This document shows positions 1-26,827 of a stretch of 64,000 nucleotides of DNA, one piece after another. Origin of the DNA: Trichoplax adhaerens. Taxonomy: Eukaryota; Animalia; Placozoa. Made by a program: the position numbers and the translations under genes. The stretch is from positions 434,001 to 498,000 of the forward strand of contig NW_002060965.1 in assembly GCF_000150275.1 (NCBI RefSeq), read 5' to 3'. The stretch's first letter is position 1. Each line of letters opens with the position of its first letter. The notes under the pieces were generated by a model. It saw nothing but the letters and a program-made list of their open reading frames with translations. It ran no database searches and was not told the DNA's origin.

Positions 1-149
1 ATTTAAATTGTCGCGGCAAATTTAAATTTAAATGGCCGACCGAAATTTTGGAGAAAAATATTTTCGCGTGGTTGTAGGACTGCTTGCAGCGCTTGACAAT
101 AGGCGATCGATGGGTGGGTGTGGTTGAGCTTTTGTGGGCAGTATTACTG

Positions 150-1940
150 AGCCGGTACAGTACAGTGTACTGTACAGTACAATGGTACAATCGTACAGTA
201 CAGTGATAGAGGATACAGTACTTTGCTGTCGAAGTGTAGACTATACTGTACGATACAGTACGGTTTAGTACTGCAGTTACTACTCGTTGCTACAGTGCAC
301 TTGCAGGCCTTTGTTGCACTCATGACAGACTGAGACTGCTCTGATTGCTGACGTCCTTGCGGATTCGGATTTCACGGATATTCGCCATTCGGATAATAGG
401 CAGTAGCCGCACTTGTAGCGTGGTAAAATCAATACAGTAAATGAATCAATCAATCAACGACCAGACTGGCGATGTAAGACAATCCATTGCAGACTGTGCA
501 ATGCTATGATCTATCCTAATGACAACCATTCTCTTACTACCAGTGATATAGGGGAAGCCAACATTGACTTGAAATCCCAGTACGAGTATCGGTTGAGCAT
601 CCATTTTGCATATGGCATGGTGTATTGGGCAACAATAGTATACCGTACCTGGAACTAGTGGCTAACGCAGTCAAGCTTGATAGAACTACCACTACAGTTA
701 TACGCAACTACAGTACTCAACTAGATCAGGTAATCGATGACTGGACAGACGGAAACAGTTCTTCCTCTATAGTCTACTGTACATTTAGTTCAGTGAGTTG
801 GATGCAATCTGTTGGGGGCTACAGTACTGTACAACTATACTGTACTGTACACTGTAATAAATTCACTACTCTACTGTAGAGTAGAGTAGTGAATTGCAGT
901 ACTGTACTGTACAGTACAGCAACTGCATGCTAGAGTACTGTAGCATGTTCCATTCGGGTTTAGTAGTGTGCAGTACAGTATCATTTCAGTCATCGTGTAC
1001 AGTGTACAGTGTACAGTACAGTACTGTATACTGTAGTACTCTACTCAACTGTCATGCAACATCGTCCGTATATTGTACAGTGTACAGTACAGTACTGTTC
1101 GATGCAATCTGGTTTGTTACAGTACTTTTCACTGTAATAACCCAGTAATATAGTACTGTACAGTACAGTACAGTAGCGTGCAGTATTACAGTATTTCAGT
1201 CATAGTGTACTGTACAGTATACAGTACAGTACTCTACTAAACAGCCATGTAACATGGTGCTGTACAGTGTACAGTGTACAGTAGTCTCCGGCATCTTGTA
1301 ATTCTATTTTACTACCTACTGTACTGTACAGTACAGTACTGTACAGTATTAAAGCAGTTTCAGCAATGCTGTAGGTAGTAAAATAGAATTACAAGATGCC
1401 GGAGACTAGTGTACAGTACAGTACAGTACTGCTGGATGCAATCTGTTTGGGATTACAGTACTGTGCACTGTAATAAAACAGTCATACTGTACTGTACTGT
1501 ACTTCACTCTACCAAACTGTCATGTAACATGGTGCAGAACTGAACTGACCTGCAGTTGCGTACTGTACCATGTTCCATTACAGTTTAGTAGAGTACTGTA
1601 CACTGTACAGTAATGTTATTAGTTCAGTAATGCAGTACAGTACTGTACACTACTGTACAGTGTACAGTACCAACCGTCATACAGTGTACTGCACTGTGGA
1701 CTGTCATAAAAGAGTCATACTGTACAGTACAGCTTGCTACAGTACTGAACTGAACGAAGACTGTACAGTACAGTACTGTAAACGACCACAGTGGAATGTA
1801 CTGTATGGTTCAGTACTCAACTGCGGCGGTCAGCAATACTGCAGTTTTGCATCATGCTACAGTTGCGCAGTCGAGCCAACCTCGATGAGAATAGTGTGCT
1901 TGGTACTGCAGCGCTGGATTGATACTGTACTCTACTGACA
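150..1940. repeat. Low-complexity ACAGT/TACAGTACTGTA tract
   Basis: Dense TACAG, CAGTACTG and GTACAGTAC words on both strands. The C/T/V/Y/S-rich ORFs 625-879, 894-1148 and 1570-1938 are translations of this tract. Confidence 0.9.
1282..1408. repeat. Perfect 38-bp inverted repeat with 51-bp spacer
   Basis: 1282-1319 TAGTCTCCGGCATCTTGTAATTCTATTTTACTACCTAC is the exact reverse complement of 1371-1408. Confidence 0.95.
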
Positions 1941-1980
1941 TGGAGACGCTGTCCTATACTCAACTTATACCTGCTGTTTT

Positions 1981-1990
1981 TGCGCATGCG
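1981..1990. promoter_or_regulatory. NRF1-like site upstream of ATP5ME
   Basis: TGCGCATGCG about 50 bp upstream of the ATP5ME ATG; matches the NRF-1 core YGCGCAYGCG. Confidence 0.5.
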
Positions 1991-2037
1991 GTCGACATCA
2001 GACTCATCACTTGCCGATCGTGGTGGCCATATTGGTA

Positions 2038-2545
2038 ATGGAAGTCGCTCCAGTAATTCGAGTAAGTGAAAATGATTTCCTAGACCGATGTGATCTTTCC
2101 ACTTTAATATCAAACACATCATTTTCAATCTTTACATTTCTATTTTTACTGTAGTTTTCCCGTTATGCGGCATTGCTCGTTGGCATAGCTTATGGTGTGA
2201 ACAGAAACGGTAAATTTTTTTCTATTGTATCCAAGGCTACTACAGTCGCTTTTTTTTGAGTCAATCCAGCAGTCATCAATGGCTATCAAATCCATCCATT
2301 GAGCATCAGTGAAATGGATGGATAGATGTGTAGTGATAAAAGTCCATTATTCAAGTGTGTAGAAATGATAGAGTCGACAGGAATGAATTGGATATCATGT
2401 TAACTAGTGTTATTAATGTCCATCATCAATATGCTACTTAGCCAAATTAACACGATACGAAGAAGAGCAGAAAAAGGCTGCTGAAATCTTTAAAAAAGCC
2501 AAGGAGAAGAAAGCCAATGAAAAGGAGACAACATCCATTTCCTAG
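2038..2545 (+). CDS. ATP5ME: Mitochondrial ATP synthase subunit e (60 aa, 3 coding exons)
   Basis: Exons 2038-2061, 2155-2209 and 2442-2545 join through phase-compatible GT-AG introns to give MEVAPVIRFSRYAALLVGIAYGVNRNAKLTRYEEEQKKAAEIFKKAKEKKANEKETTSIS*. This matches the subunit e signature (human VSPLIKLGRYSALFLGVAYG, GxxxG helix) followed by a charged coiled coil. Confidence 0.9.
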
Positions 2546-3759
2546 TGACTATTGTAAGTGAGTGGATAGCCATTGCAATGGATGCATACTTTTCACTTGT
2601 CACCTTCTTTCAAGATGTTTCAACTATACTCTACTTTGCTTGTCTTATATTGCAATGGATTGTAGCCAATTTACAAGCTGCAAATCATCGACCTGATCAT
2701 GAAATCCCATTTATCTGACCCTCTCATCATGACTGGATGGATAAAATAGTGGCTTCAAGGATGGTCTTTTGGAAAAGGCTATTAACTTGTATTCATAAAT
2801 GTTACCATCAGATATCTTTTGATAATATCTGTTCAAACCTTGCTATCCTTTACAAATGGTTCTTATTGCAATGATAACATTTGATGTAGTGACTATCACT
2901 GTTATTTCTTAGCGCTATTAAAAATTCAATCTAATCTTGCATTCGTTGTTTTCATTTTCTTTTACCCAACACTCTTTTACTAGCCCAATAGTTTACTAAA
3001 CATACTTATCCTTTCAAACATGCCTATTACTATTAATACAACTACAATGCAAGTAGGTGATAATCATACGCGCAAAACGACACAGCAGTCAGCTAATACG
3101 CGTAAAGGCATGGATAGCATCAAGCTCGGACGAGAACACTACGATAAAGGATGACCATAACTCCGTTTTAGTCAATGTGGGATATAACCGTCTTGCTAAC
3201 CATCTGGCAATACTCTTATCCAACCTGTAGACTATTCATTAGTTCAGGTAAAATACTTTCCAAATCAGTTGATTCTTTTATTTCCTTACATATGGTGAGT
3301 TATTATTAATCGTCTTTGACTATAGAATGACTACAAGTAATAATTCTTACTTTGCCTTAATATCAAAGTAGAGTCTAGGGCCTAGGGTTCAAAGACTGCT
3401 AGGCAGATAAAGACGCCTTTCTGAGCTCAATGTCAATATCAAAGTAGTTCCACATACTCGCATTATAAATGAAAATATACAGTACAATTGCATGCTTTCA
3501 GGTTTAACAGTTAACAATGACTACGGTCAATCCGATATAGTTTAATAGCGTACAGAATTTGATGCGTGTGCTGTCAATAAGCTCAAACCTCAACGAAATC
3601 CATTTTCAACAACTGAATCTAATATTAGCAATTTTACAGTAGTTTAACCGAAAAATTTTTAGAATGGAAGATTTGCAATTCACAATATTGTACTACTGTA
3701 TGCCCCGAACTTTTATGGTAGGATACGATCATATCAAATATCCATCCTAACTATGCATT

Positions 3760-3995
3760 AAAACGTAGTCTATAATTTATCTATCCTAAATTTGATAGCA
3801 CACCTGTACAGTAGCTAAGATGTAACGGTAAAAACCATTTTATTAGTCCAAGCATAATTGATCAATCATACAACATAAAAACGTAGTCTATAATTTATCT
3901 ATCCTAAATTCGATAGCACACCTGTACAGTAGCTAAGATGTAACGGCAAAAACCATTTTATTAGTCCAAGCATAATTGATCAATCATACAACATA
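3760..3995. repeat. Tandem duplication, 2 x 118 bp
   Basis: AAAACGTAGTCTATAATTTATC...CAATCATACAACATA starts at 3760 and again at 3878, with about 2 mismatches. Confidence 0.95.
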
Positions 3996-5501
3996 TCACT
4001 TTCATTTGCTTTCAAAATAGATAATCAATTAATATGCGTAAATAATATATACCTTATATACAACTACAGCATAACCGCCACTATGTAGGCGATGTTTTTC
4101 AACCTACACTTTTCACATTGGTATTGATTAGGTGATAGAAATAAGTTAATCTTACGTAAACTATTAATCGGCTCATAAAACAATCTAGCTTATAAGTTAT
4201 TCAATCACAGCGTAGCCGCTGCAAAGTAGGTAATATTTTTACACACGTTTCACATCAGCGTTGATCGGGCGATTTATTGGGTTTCTGAAAAGGTTGATAT
4301 AGCACGAATGATAACATGGTTACAAGCTTTCCATGTCAGAAATAGAGTTACCGAAATCAAAGTTATAGTATTAACCACAGTAAGGTGACTGCTGTCAATA
4401 GAATTATTTTACAATCCGCTAGATCAAATTTCTCTATTTTAGTAACTCCTTCGCTATCTACGTCGTATATTACAAAAACATTCGTAATCACCCGGCTGAC
4501 GCAAGAAGTAATACCTATAATTACAATTCACTTAATCGAAATGATTGTACTAAACTAAAATAGTACAAGATGCCATCAAATCATCACAGTGTTATTTGCT
4601 AACTTAACAAGTTTTCTCAATTTCTTAACCTCTTGCTTTGCAAAGAGCTACAATGAATATTAGTAATTTATTCAAATATTTTATTAACTTTCATATCAAC
4701 TCTACCATGACTGTTCATGAAACTATCGACGAAGTTAATCTCAACTATCAATTAAATAATTAGACATACATAATGAGATTAATTTGACAGGCAATAAAAT
4801 AATGAACATACAGCAGCTTGATCACTGGGCATAGATAGGGCTAAAGAATAATCGATTATTGTATATATGTGCATATCAAGCATAGCGGAAGAGATTATTG
4901 AGATATACAGCAATACTGCTATTAGCATATCATAATTAACAAATAGATTCATGGGCAGTGGCTACCTTCTCTCAGTAAGCTTCATGAAACAGCAATAAAT
5001 TACATTAACGTTACAATGTAAACAATATCGACGAAAAAATAATGATATAATATACGTATTGGTAATTTAGTTGGGTATCATCACATTACACTAAAGTTAA
5101 ATTTATACTTCACAATGTTTTTAACTAATGGAATGAGACATCTGTTTTTACTTGTTTATAGTATGGAATTTACGAGTATATCATTTTTAAACAGTAAATA
5201 AAATTTGAAAGGATAAAAAGTGCTAATGTTTACTGTAAGATATTACTGCCATAGAAATCAATACAATATAGTAGGATTTTGTAGCAGTGATAAGATTGGC
5301 GTATTAAATGTCCGATCAAATTGGCTATTGCTTAAAATGCTAGAATATCTACGAAAGTTAGCATGACTAATGGTCAATAAAGTATTGTAACACCATCCAT
5401 TAATATTTTACCTTTGCTAATTTAATATACATATTAGGATGCAATAACATCATTGTAGATCTCTAGAGGCCATAATCAATCCAATACTACTGCAGTAGAT
5501 A

Positions 5502-19702
<14,201 letters not shown>

Positions 19703-19715
19703 TTTCACTGCCAAC

Positions 19716-19728
19716 GTTGCCAATGAAC
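19716..19728. promoter_or_regulatory. X-box-like (RFX) motif at the DNAAF9 start
   Basis: GTTGCCAATGAAC just upstream of the ATG; a second X-box-like GTTGCTAAGGCAAT lies at 19109-19122 in intron 1. Confidence 0.35.
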
Positions 19729-20145
19729 GAGTCAAGTCAACCTACTAGGGATGACGTGCCTTGTTGATATTGACTTAACAGGCGATTGACACCACTATCG
19801 TACCCAGTTGGGGGTAGGTTCGGTCCGTTTAACGACTCTTTGAGCTGCGTGTCTTGCTGACAGGTGTCACTACAACAGTAGCTGCACTGGCAGGGTAGAG
19901 CATAATGCCGCAGTCAATATCTATGAGAACAGTATGGCGAGAGAGAGGCGCAATTTGAATACAATCCAGTTGTGTTGGTACCATAAGCGTGTTATGTGTT
20001 CTATTCAGTATCAAGCACTATACAAAGTCCACTCTCGACGTTGATTCCCATACTGTGCCTATCATCAGCGGTCACGATCCAACAAAATGACGCACGTTGA
20101 ATGCTTAGTTGACGTCAACTGGAGAGAGAATCCGAAAGGAGGATT

Positions 20146-21720
20146 GCGCCAATTTGCAATGGCCGTAGAAATCCAACATTCCTCCATCTACGGTCCTGCT
20201 TTGAAGGAAAATCGACTAGAAATTCCCTATATTATTGAGCAATGCACAATACGATAGCTTAAACATGCCCATGATATACTTGTACAATTTTCTCAGATGA
20301 CGGTGATTGACGATTTCATGCTGACCATTAATAAGGCAATCGCAGCTATGTTACTGCGATCCTATTTGCTGATCTTCTTGGTGTGTGCTAAGAATCATCA
20401 CAGCGCCAATTTGCAATGGCCATAGAATCCAACATTCCTCAATCTACCGTCCTACTTTGAAGGAAAATCGACTAGAAATTCCCTATATTATTGAGCAATG
20501 CACAATACAACAGCTTAAACATGCCCATGATATACTTGTACAATTTTCTCAGATGACGGTGATTGACGATTTCATGCTGACCATTAATAAGGCAATCGCA
20601 GCTATGTTACTGCGATCCTATTTGCTGATCTTCTTGGTGTGTGCTAAGAATCATCACAGCGCCAATTTGCAATGGCCATAGAATCCAACATTCCTCCATC
20701 TACCGTCCTACTTTGAAGGAAAATCGACTAGAAATTCGCTATATTATTGAGCAGTGCACAATACGACAGCTTAAACATGCCCATGATATACTTGTACAAT
20801 GTCAATGCATGTCTAATGTATTAGTAGGACAGCTTAAACGAAGTGTATAAAAAAATTTATGCAAAATGATCAGGCCTATTGTACAATTTTCTCAGATGAC
20901 GGTGATTGACGATTTCATGCTGACCATTAATAAGGTAATCGTAGCTATGTTACTCCGATCCTATTTGCTGATCTTCTTGGTGTGTGCTAAGAATCATCAC
21001 AGCGCCAATTTGCAATGGCCATAGAATCCAACATTCCTCAATCTACCGTCCTACTTTGAAGGAAAATCGACTAGAAATTCCCTATATTATTGAGCAATGC
21101 ACAATACAACAGCTTAAACATGCCCATGATATACTCGTACAATTTTCTCAGATGACAGTGATTGACTATTTTATGCTGACTATTCAATGAAAAGTAGACG
21201 CTAACTAAAGCAACACTGCGCCAATTTGCAATGGCCGTAGAATCTCAATCTACCGTCCTACTTTGAAGGAAAACTGACTAGAAAATTAGCTATACTGTAC
21301 TGTTGAGCAGTGCACAAGACGACAGCTTAATAAACATGCCCATGATATACTTGATATGGATTATAGAAACTTGTTTGCGCCGTATATCCGATATGATATA
21401 CTTGACACTTGCACAATTTTCTCAGATGACGGTGATTGACGATTTCATGCTGACCATTAATAAGGCAATCGTAGCTATGTTACTGCGATCCTATCTGCTG
21501 ATCTTCTTGGTGTGTGCTAAGAATCATCACGGCGCCAATTTGCAATGGCCGTAGAATCCAACATTCTTCAATCTACCGTCTTATTTGAAGGAAAATCGAC
21601 TAGAAATTCCCTATATTATTGAGCAGTGCACAATACGTCAGCCTAAATATACCCATGATGTACTTGATACTTGTATAATTTTCTCAGATGACGGTGATTG
21701 ATGATTTCATGTTGACCATT
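20146..21720. repeat. Tandem array of ~256-bp units (6 copies, some interrupted or truncated)
   Basis: Unit start GCGCCAATTTGCAATGGCC at 20146, 20403, 20659, 21002, 21218 and 21532; copies are highly similar. Confidence 0.95.
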
Positions 21721-23450
21721 GGAGAGTCGACATAACCTGGCCATACTTTAAGTGATAGTATACTCGGCACGGACTCGATAGGATTGTAATAGGGAAATGA
21801 TCAGCATCTATTTGAAATGTTTTAGTGTCTTTCTATTGATTTATAAAACTACGACATTCTTAAAGACAGACCTGCTGTGTATACCATTTCGTGTGTAGTT
21901 CTTACCTTTGCGGATGATCTGGTAGCTGCCAACAATCCGCAACATTACGGATGCTGCGGTTACTTAGTGTATAAATGTACATTGTACATACTCTCGTACA
22001 ATAGTCTTGCTCATGTATCATCGACTAGAACAAGAATTGGACGGGGCATGTTTTTCTTTATAAACAAAACACTGTACAGTACTTGGTCATGGCCTACTAG
22101 ATTTTTGTGCTGGCGGATAGGTGGTGGACAAAATAATTGGGTAAAAATTTCGAAAGGGCAAAATATTTAGTCAAATGCAGGACACTGCTAGGTATACAAT
22201 CTCGTAGTCCATGATTTAGTACAGTACAAGAATTTAAAACCTTCCCACTTACCGCGTTATGACAGATATGCACGAACGTCGTTGTGCAGGAATAATGATA
22301 GTATAATTATAAGCGTATACGAGTATATAATGTTGAATAATTGCAATCATTAATTGAGATAATACAGTATACAGGACTATATTATAATCAGATTCAATTT
22401 GTTGCTAGTAGTAACTATAACTGCGCTACTTAAAGATGGAATTCATCGTTTACTTTTTATCTGTGCAAGTTTAAAGTTCGTAGTCTTCAAGCTATATCTG
22501 CTGCGGACTTGTAATGACATGCATAAATTCCACATGTGTCAATAAGCCGAAAATATCGTCGACATATCATGCTTAAAAGCTATTTCGATTAACTTCGTAC
22601 CACAATGACGGATATAAGTCATATGACATTGTAGCATTTGGACTGTTCGAAGGGATTTCTGATATGCCTACTAATATCGACTATTGCATGCTTATTTTCT
22701 ACAAGTCGGCGAGTTATTACAGTAAATTACACATTATTAATCAAAATAACAGTAGAAAATGATATTGTTCTAGTCGAGTAAGTCAATGCAACAATCTATT
22801 AGAATCCAGCTCGAAAATCGTGTACAAACACCCATTGAAAAAAGGAACAACCGATTCGAGATTATAGATTAATAATAATAAACACGTATAAACAACAAGG
22901 GTTTTAGGTATTCCCGAAGTTGCTTCCTGATACGTTGATTTTATTGTTTTCATAGCTATAATTACGAATATAAAAACTCTGATACCGCTAAAAGGAAACC
23001 TTTCATTAGCATACCAAGTAGATTAAAAGTGATGACTCATCTTTGAATAAAAATTCGAAAGTATTTTATACAGTTTGAGATTAACCGCTAAACGGATAGT
23101 ATTATACAATGGAGTTACAACAAATTCATCATTGTCAATTCAATATATAATATACAAACAAATAGAAGATGACCGAGAATAGATTCAATCTATCAAATCG
23201 CCATATGAACAACTCTGTTTATCAAATAGTGCAAATATCAGACATTAAACAACGTCTATATTGCTACTACACAAGTTTGATCATTGATAATTAAAAAGAG
23301 GTAAGACAGAAACATCTATCGAAACTTCTCTCCTCGCCTTTGATTTCAAGTACTCAACTCGTAACGATACGAAATTTTCCAAGCGAATCATAGCATATAA
23401 TGATAGTTAGTATTTTATACATAAAATGAAATTACTGCTGCCTTAGTTGA

Positions 23451-26400
23451 TTAGTTTCTTAAATAATTTTGGATACGATTGATTTTATTAAGCATAACAG
23501 CTTCACGGTCTCGTAATTTCTGGTTAACATCAACCTAATGAGAAAGATTTTAAAATGCATCAAGGATAACTTTTAAAAGTATCACTTGTCCCTACACAAG
23601 TATTATAATTAGCAGCTAGCACAATACCGAAATGCATCTAACGGTTAACATTTACATACTATACTATCTAATAACATAAGGGAAAGATCAGAAAGGCAAT
23701 AATTCTTACTTGTAATCCATCTAAAACGTCATTGGTTACTGTCTTAATTAAATCCTTCACGTCCTTTAGAGGCAAAGTAGATTCTTCTGGGACTAATTCA
23801 ACTTCGTCTTGCTTATTCTCTTCTACAGTCCCTATCATTCATTTAAATGTATTATTGCCATGATTCAACAAAATAATTTTTTATTTCATAAACAGAACAG
23901 ATGGAATCCTTCCATGTAGCAATACCTTCATCTTTGGCTTCTTCTATTTGAGCGGCTAGTAATTCAGCCTCTTCCCTTGCCTATTAATTAACGAAGCTGC
24001 ATAAGACTTTACTGGAATAATCTGAATAGCACATTCGCCGAGTAACACAATATATGATCCTATACCTTTTGTGCTTCAGCTTCTTCAGCTTTTGCTTGCT
24101 CATCAAGCTGTAGCACTTGTTCTGAGATACCTTCATCCATTGGAAGTGGATAGTCGATATTCAAAATAGGCGGATGTTCAATATCATACTGCCAGAAATA
24201 GGATGAGTTCAATAAAACGTAAATAATGATGATTTGAATTGTGAATGAAATTCATCTGCAGTCGATAAAGTAATTGGATGGTAGCTATGTGATCAAATTC
24301 TGATTTTTAACCAGATAAAGTGCAGTATACTTACCGCTAAATGTAAGTTCTCTTGCTCTTGATCTGTAGTAAAGAAATTCTTGTACAGCTTATAGTGCTG
24401 ATAAAGGCTAATTTACAATTGTAAGATATCGCAAGTTAGATTACATAAATTAAATCTCACTTCATTGAATATCATAAGTAGCATTTCTTTGTGACTACTT
24501 ACGATGTCATAAAGTAGTCGATAATTACTTTACTGTTTTGATTATCAAAGCAGCTTAATGGACTGTATATTTCTCCTATTGTTGACATTAACTGTCTAAA
24601 ATATTTCATATTTTCTTCAAAATTCATTTTTTTATCTAAACAGAATGTCAAGAGAAGATTGAACATTAATTCAAGATAGCATGAGGAGTAAATTACCAAT
24701 ATTCCTAAAATCTATTTGAAAGCTAAGCTTGATATAGTACCCGACATATCAAGCACTAATTTATAGTAGTAGTAAATGATAAATAATTAATTTCTTATCG
24801 ATCAGAATGAAAAATCAACTCCTAGAATACACGAAGATAGATTACAGCAAAAGCTTTGAAAATAGTTACCTTGAATATTTTCCAGTAATACTTTCAGCAA
24901 GGTAAAGAACCCTGATCCTTGCTGTGGAGAAAAGCCTTGCTCTTTAGCGAACGTAGCATTAGTTAAGGTAAACACTATTCAATATTTATTGATCATTAAA
25001 TGCATCCTTAGCCTAATAGTAATCACTCTTGTCATCATGAACTTCACCCTTTGCCCTAAATAATCGTTCTAGCGTATCTTAGAACTGACGCTAAATATTC
25101 TCATAAAAGTGTTTTGGCTACAACCGGTCGCGCTGTTATAACTGCATGTATTGTAAACTGAAATATTTTATCACCGTTTTAAACATCATTATCGCATAAC
25201 ATAGCCGATCCATAATGACATAAATGATAGTCTTTAATTCTTACGCTATTAATTTTGTGTCATATTTCAAATTATCAGTGCCTGAAATACAGCCTACATT
25301 TTTACACCAGAAGGAAGGAAGAATCAAAAGCTAGAGTCGAACATAGTACTATCCTAACATCCATCATAAGGCTTTGGCATCTAATTGTAAGCTATCTTAA
25401 AAATGGAACAATTTTCTTACTTTAAAAATTGACTATTGGCTTCGGCTTTCGGCATTTCTTATAATTTTCATCACTTTTTACGGTATACACATTCCAAGCC
25501 ATTACTGAAATTCTATTGCATTCGTGTCCCTGTTAAACTATCTTGATTAATTATTAATTATTATAATAACGGCCATCATTTTGGTACTGTAAAATCAATA
25601 TTACATTCTAGCTTAATTAATAGAATTAACTAGGTCTATGCGTATCTAATTGTCAAAATGTTGATAATAACCAATCAGTAATACTAAATTATAATGATTG
25701 TGCGGCAATAGATATAGCTTTAAAAGAATTTATCTTTTTAGCTACTGGTCATGAAGAGGATATCATAATCCGGCTACATAATAATCCAATACGATTACTT
25801 GTGATAGGGAAGTCTCGTAGCCATCGAGAAGTAAATATTCAGACATTTTCCTAGGCAAAATTTGGTAACACTCTCGTTAGTATCGCAAGAGATTGCTCAT
25901 TATTAGCATTATATAGGAATATTGGATCTTACTTATGACGATATAGATAGCAATCAATCATTTACTTACTCCTGTAACACATCAATATTTAGTTCAAGTA
26001 GTGCTTGAGTTTGCTCAAGCGTTAAATACTTAAACACAAATGATTCTGGCTTTTCGATGCCGGCACTTTCATCATCACGCTATAATAAGAACAAGTATAT
26101 ATCGTTATATTCAACGCCAGTCCTTATTCCAAGATATGTATTCATTAATCCATTTTACATCATCAGAGTATCTTGTTACTAATGTCAGTGTATAATCGAC
26201 AGGAATTTAATGGATGTCCCAATTTAAACATCTTCAATATTGTAACTAACATCACCTAAGTAACTTTTTCGAACGAGAATATCTCCCTTATCTGGTCTAA
26301 TAACTATCATTATCGTCATAATGGTCAAATTGCTTTAGCGATCAATAGTTAGAGCGTAATTTTGACAAAAGTCCTCAACTAAATATGAAATTCTCGATAT

Positions 26401-26751
26401 CCAGTTCATCTACTGATAGTAAATCTACCGTGCTTAAGTTATAGTCTGCATTAAATGTCGACAAACTTAGGACTATCGAGACTTTATTTAAATGGCAAAC
26501 CGATCGCTGACAGACAAGTACTATAGCGTGATCGATTAACATTTTGATAATCTTGAAGGACGAATCCAACATTGATTTTTAAATCTTCTATCAATCGAAA
26601 TATTTTCAAATTTACTTACTGATGAACGCCTAATTCTTGTCTCTTTTGTCGATGATGATCTTATTTTCGGCATTGGTACTTGGCCTAATAGAATTTTATG
26701 ACTTAGACCTTTAAGACTACCTCTCCTTTTCAAGTTAACGTTATTAGCCAT
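23451..26751 (-). CDS. CABCOCO1: Ciliary-associated calcium-binding coiled-coil protein 1 (C10orf107 family)
   Basis: Exons encode VIVLDYYVAGLW-FAKEQGFS, KVIIDYFMTSLYQHYKLY, PLPMDEGIS, LKDVKDLIKTVTNDVLDGLQ and VDVNQKLRDRE...RN* (stop 23451-23453). These match recalled human motifs LLDYYVSGFLWA, IIDYLKISLFQHYKLY, PLEEGIS and DVKSVLDQVTDDILIGIQ. Exon 1 (26751-26620, ending at a GTAAGT donor) is less certain. Confidence 0.82.
24953..25763 (-). other. AT-AC U12-type (minor spliceosome) intron, 811 bp
   Basis: 5' end ATATCCTCTT; 3' end TTACCTTAAC-TAATGCT-AC. Removal joins TG+G into the conserved Trp of VAGLWFAKEQGFS; unspliced, the frame hits TGA. Confidence 0.9.
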
Positions 26752-26813
26752 AAACCGAAATTAGTCACCTAATCGTTTTGTGATCAAGATATTATACGCA
26801 AGCGCATCGCGTT

Positions 26814-26827
26814 GTTGCCATGGATAC
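26814..26827. promoter_or_regulatory. RFX X-box
   Basis: GTTGCCATGGATAC, a near-consensus 14-bp X-box about 60 bp upstream of the CABCOCO1 ATG. Confidence 0.7.

Noticed and set aside
625-1938. C/T/V/Y/S-rich ORFs (84, 84 and 122 aa)
   Set aside because: They are translations of the ACAGT low-complexity tract with no protein-like features.
20146-21720. CRISPR array or tandem protein-coding genes (ORFs 20385, 20641, 20984, 21303)
   Set aside because: Eukaryotic context, 256-bp units, no cas genes; the unit length is not a multiple of three and the ORFs use non-ATG starts.
25421-25460. Possible small exon (MPKAEANSQFL) inside the AT-AC intron
   Set aside because: No compatible partner splice sites and no homology; likely chance.
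25763-25765. In-frame TGA in CABCOCO1 suggesting a pseudogene or selenocysteine
   Set aside because: The A is the first base of the AT-AC intron; the spliced codon is TGG.
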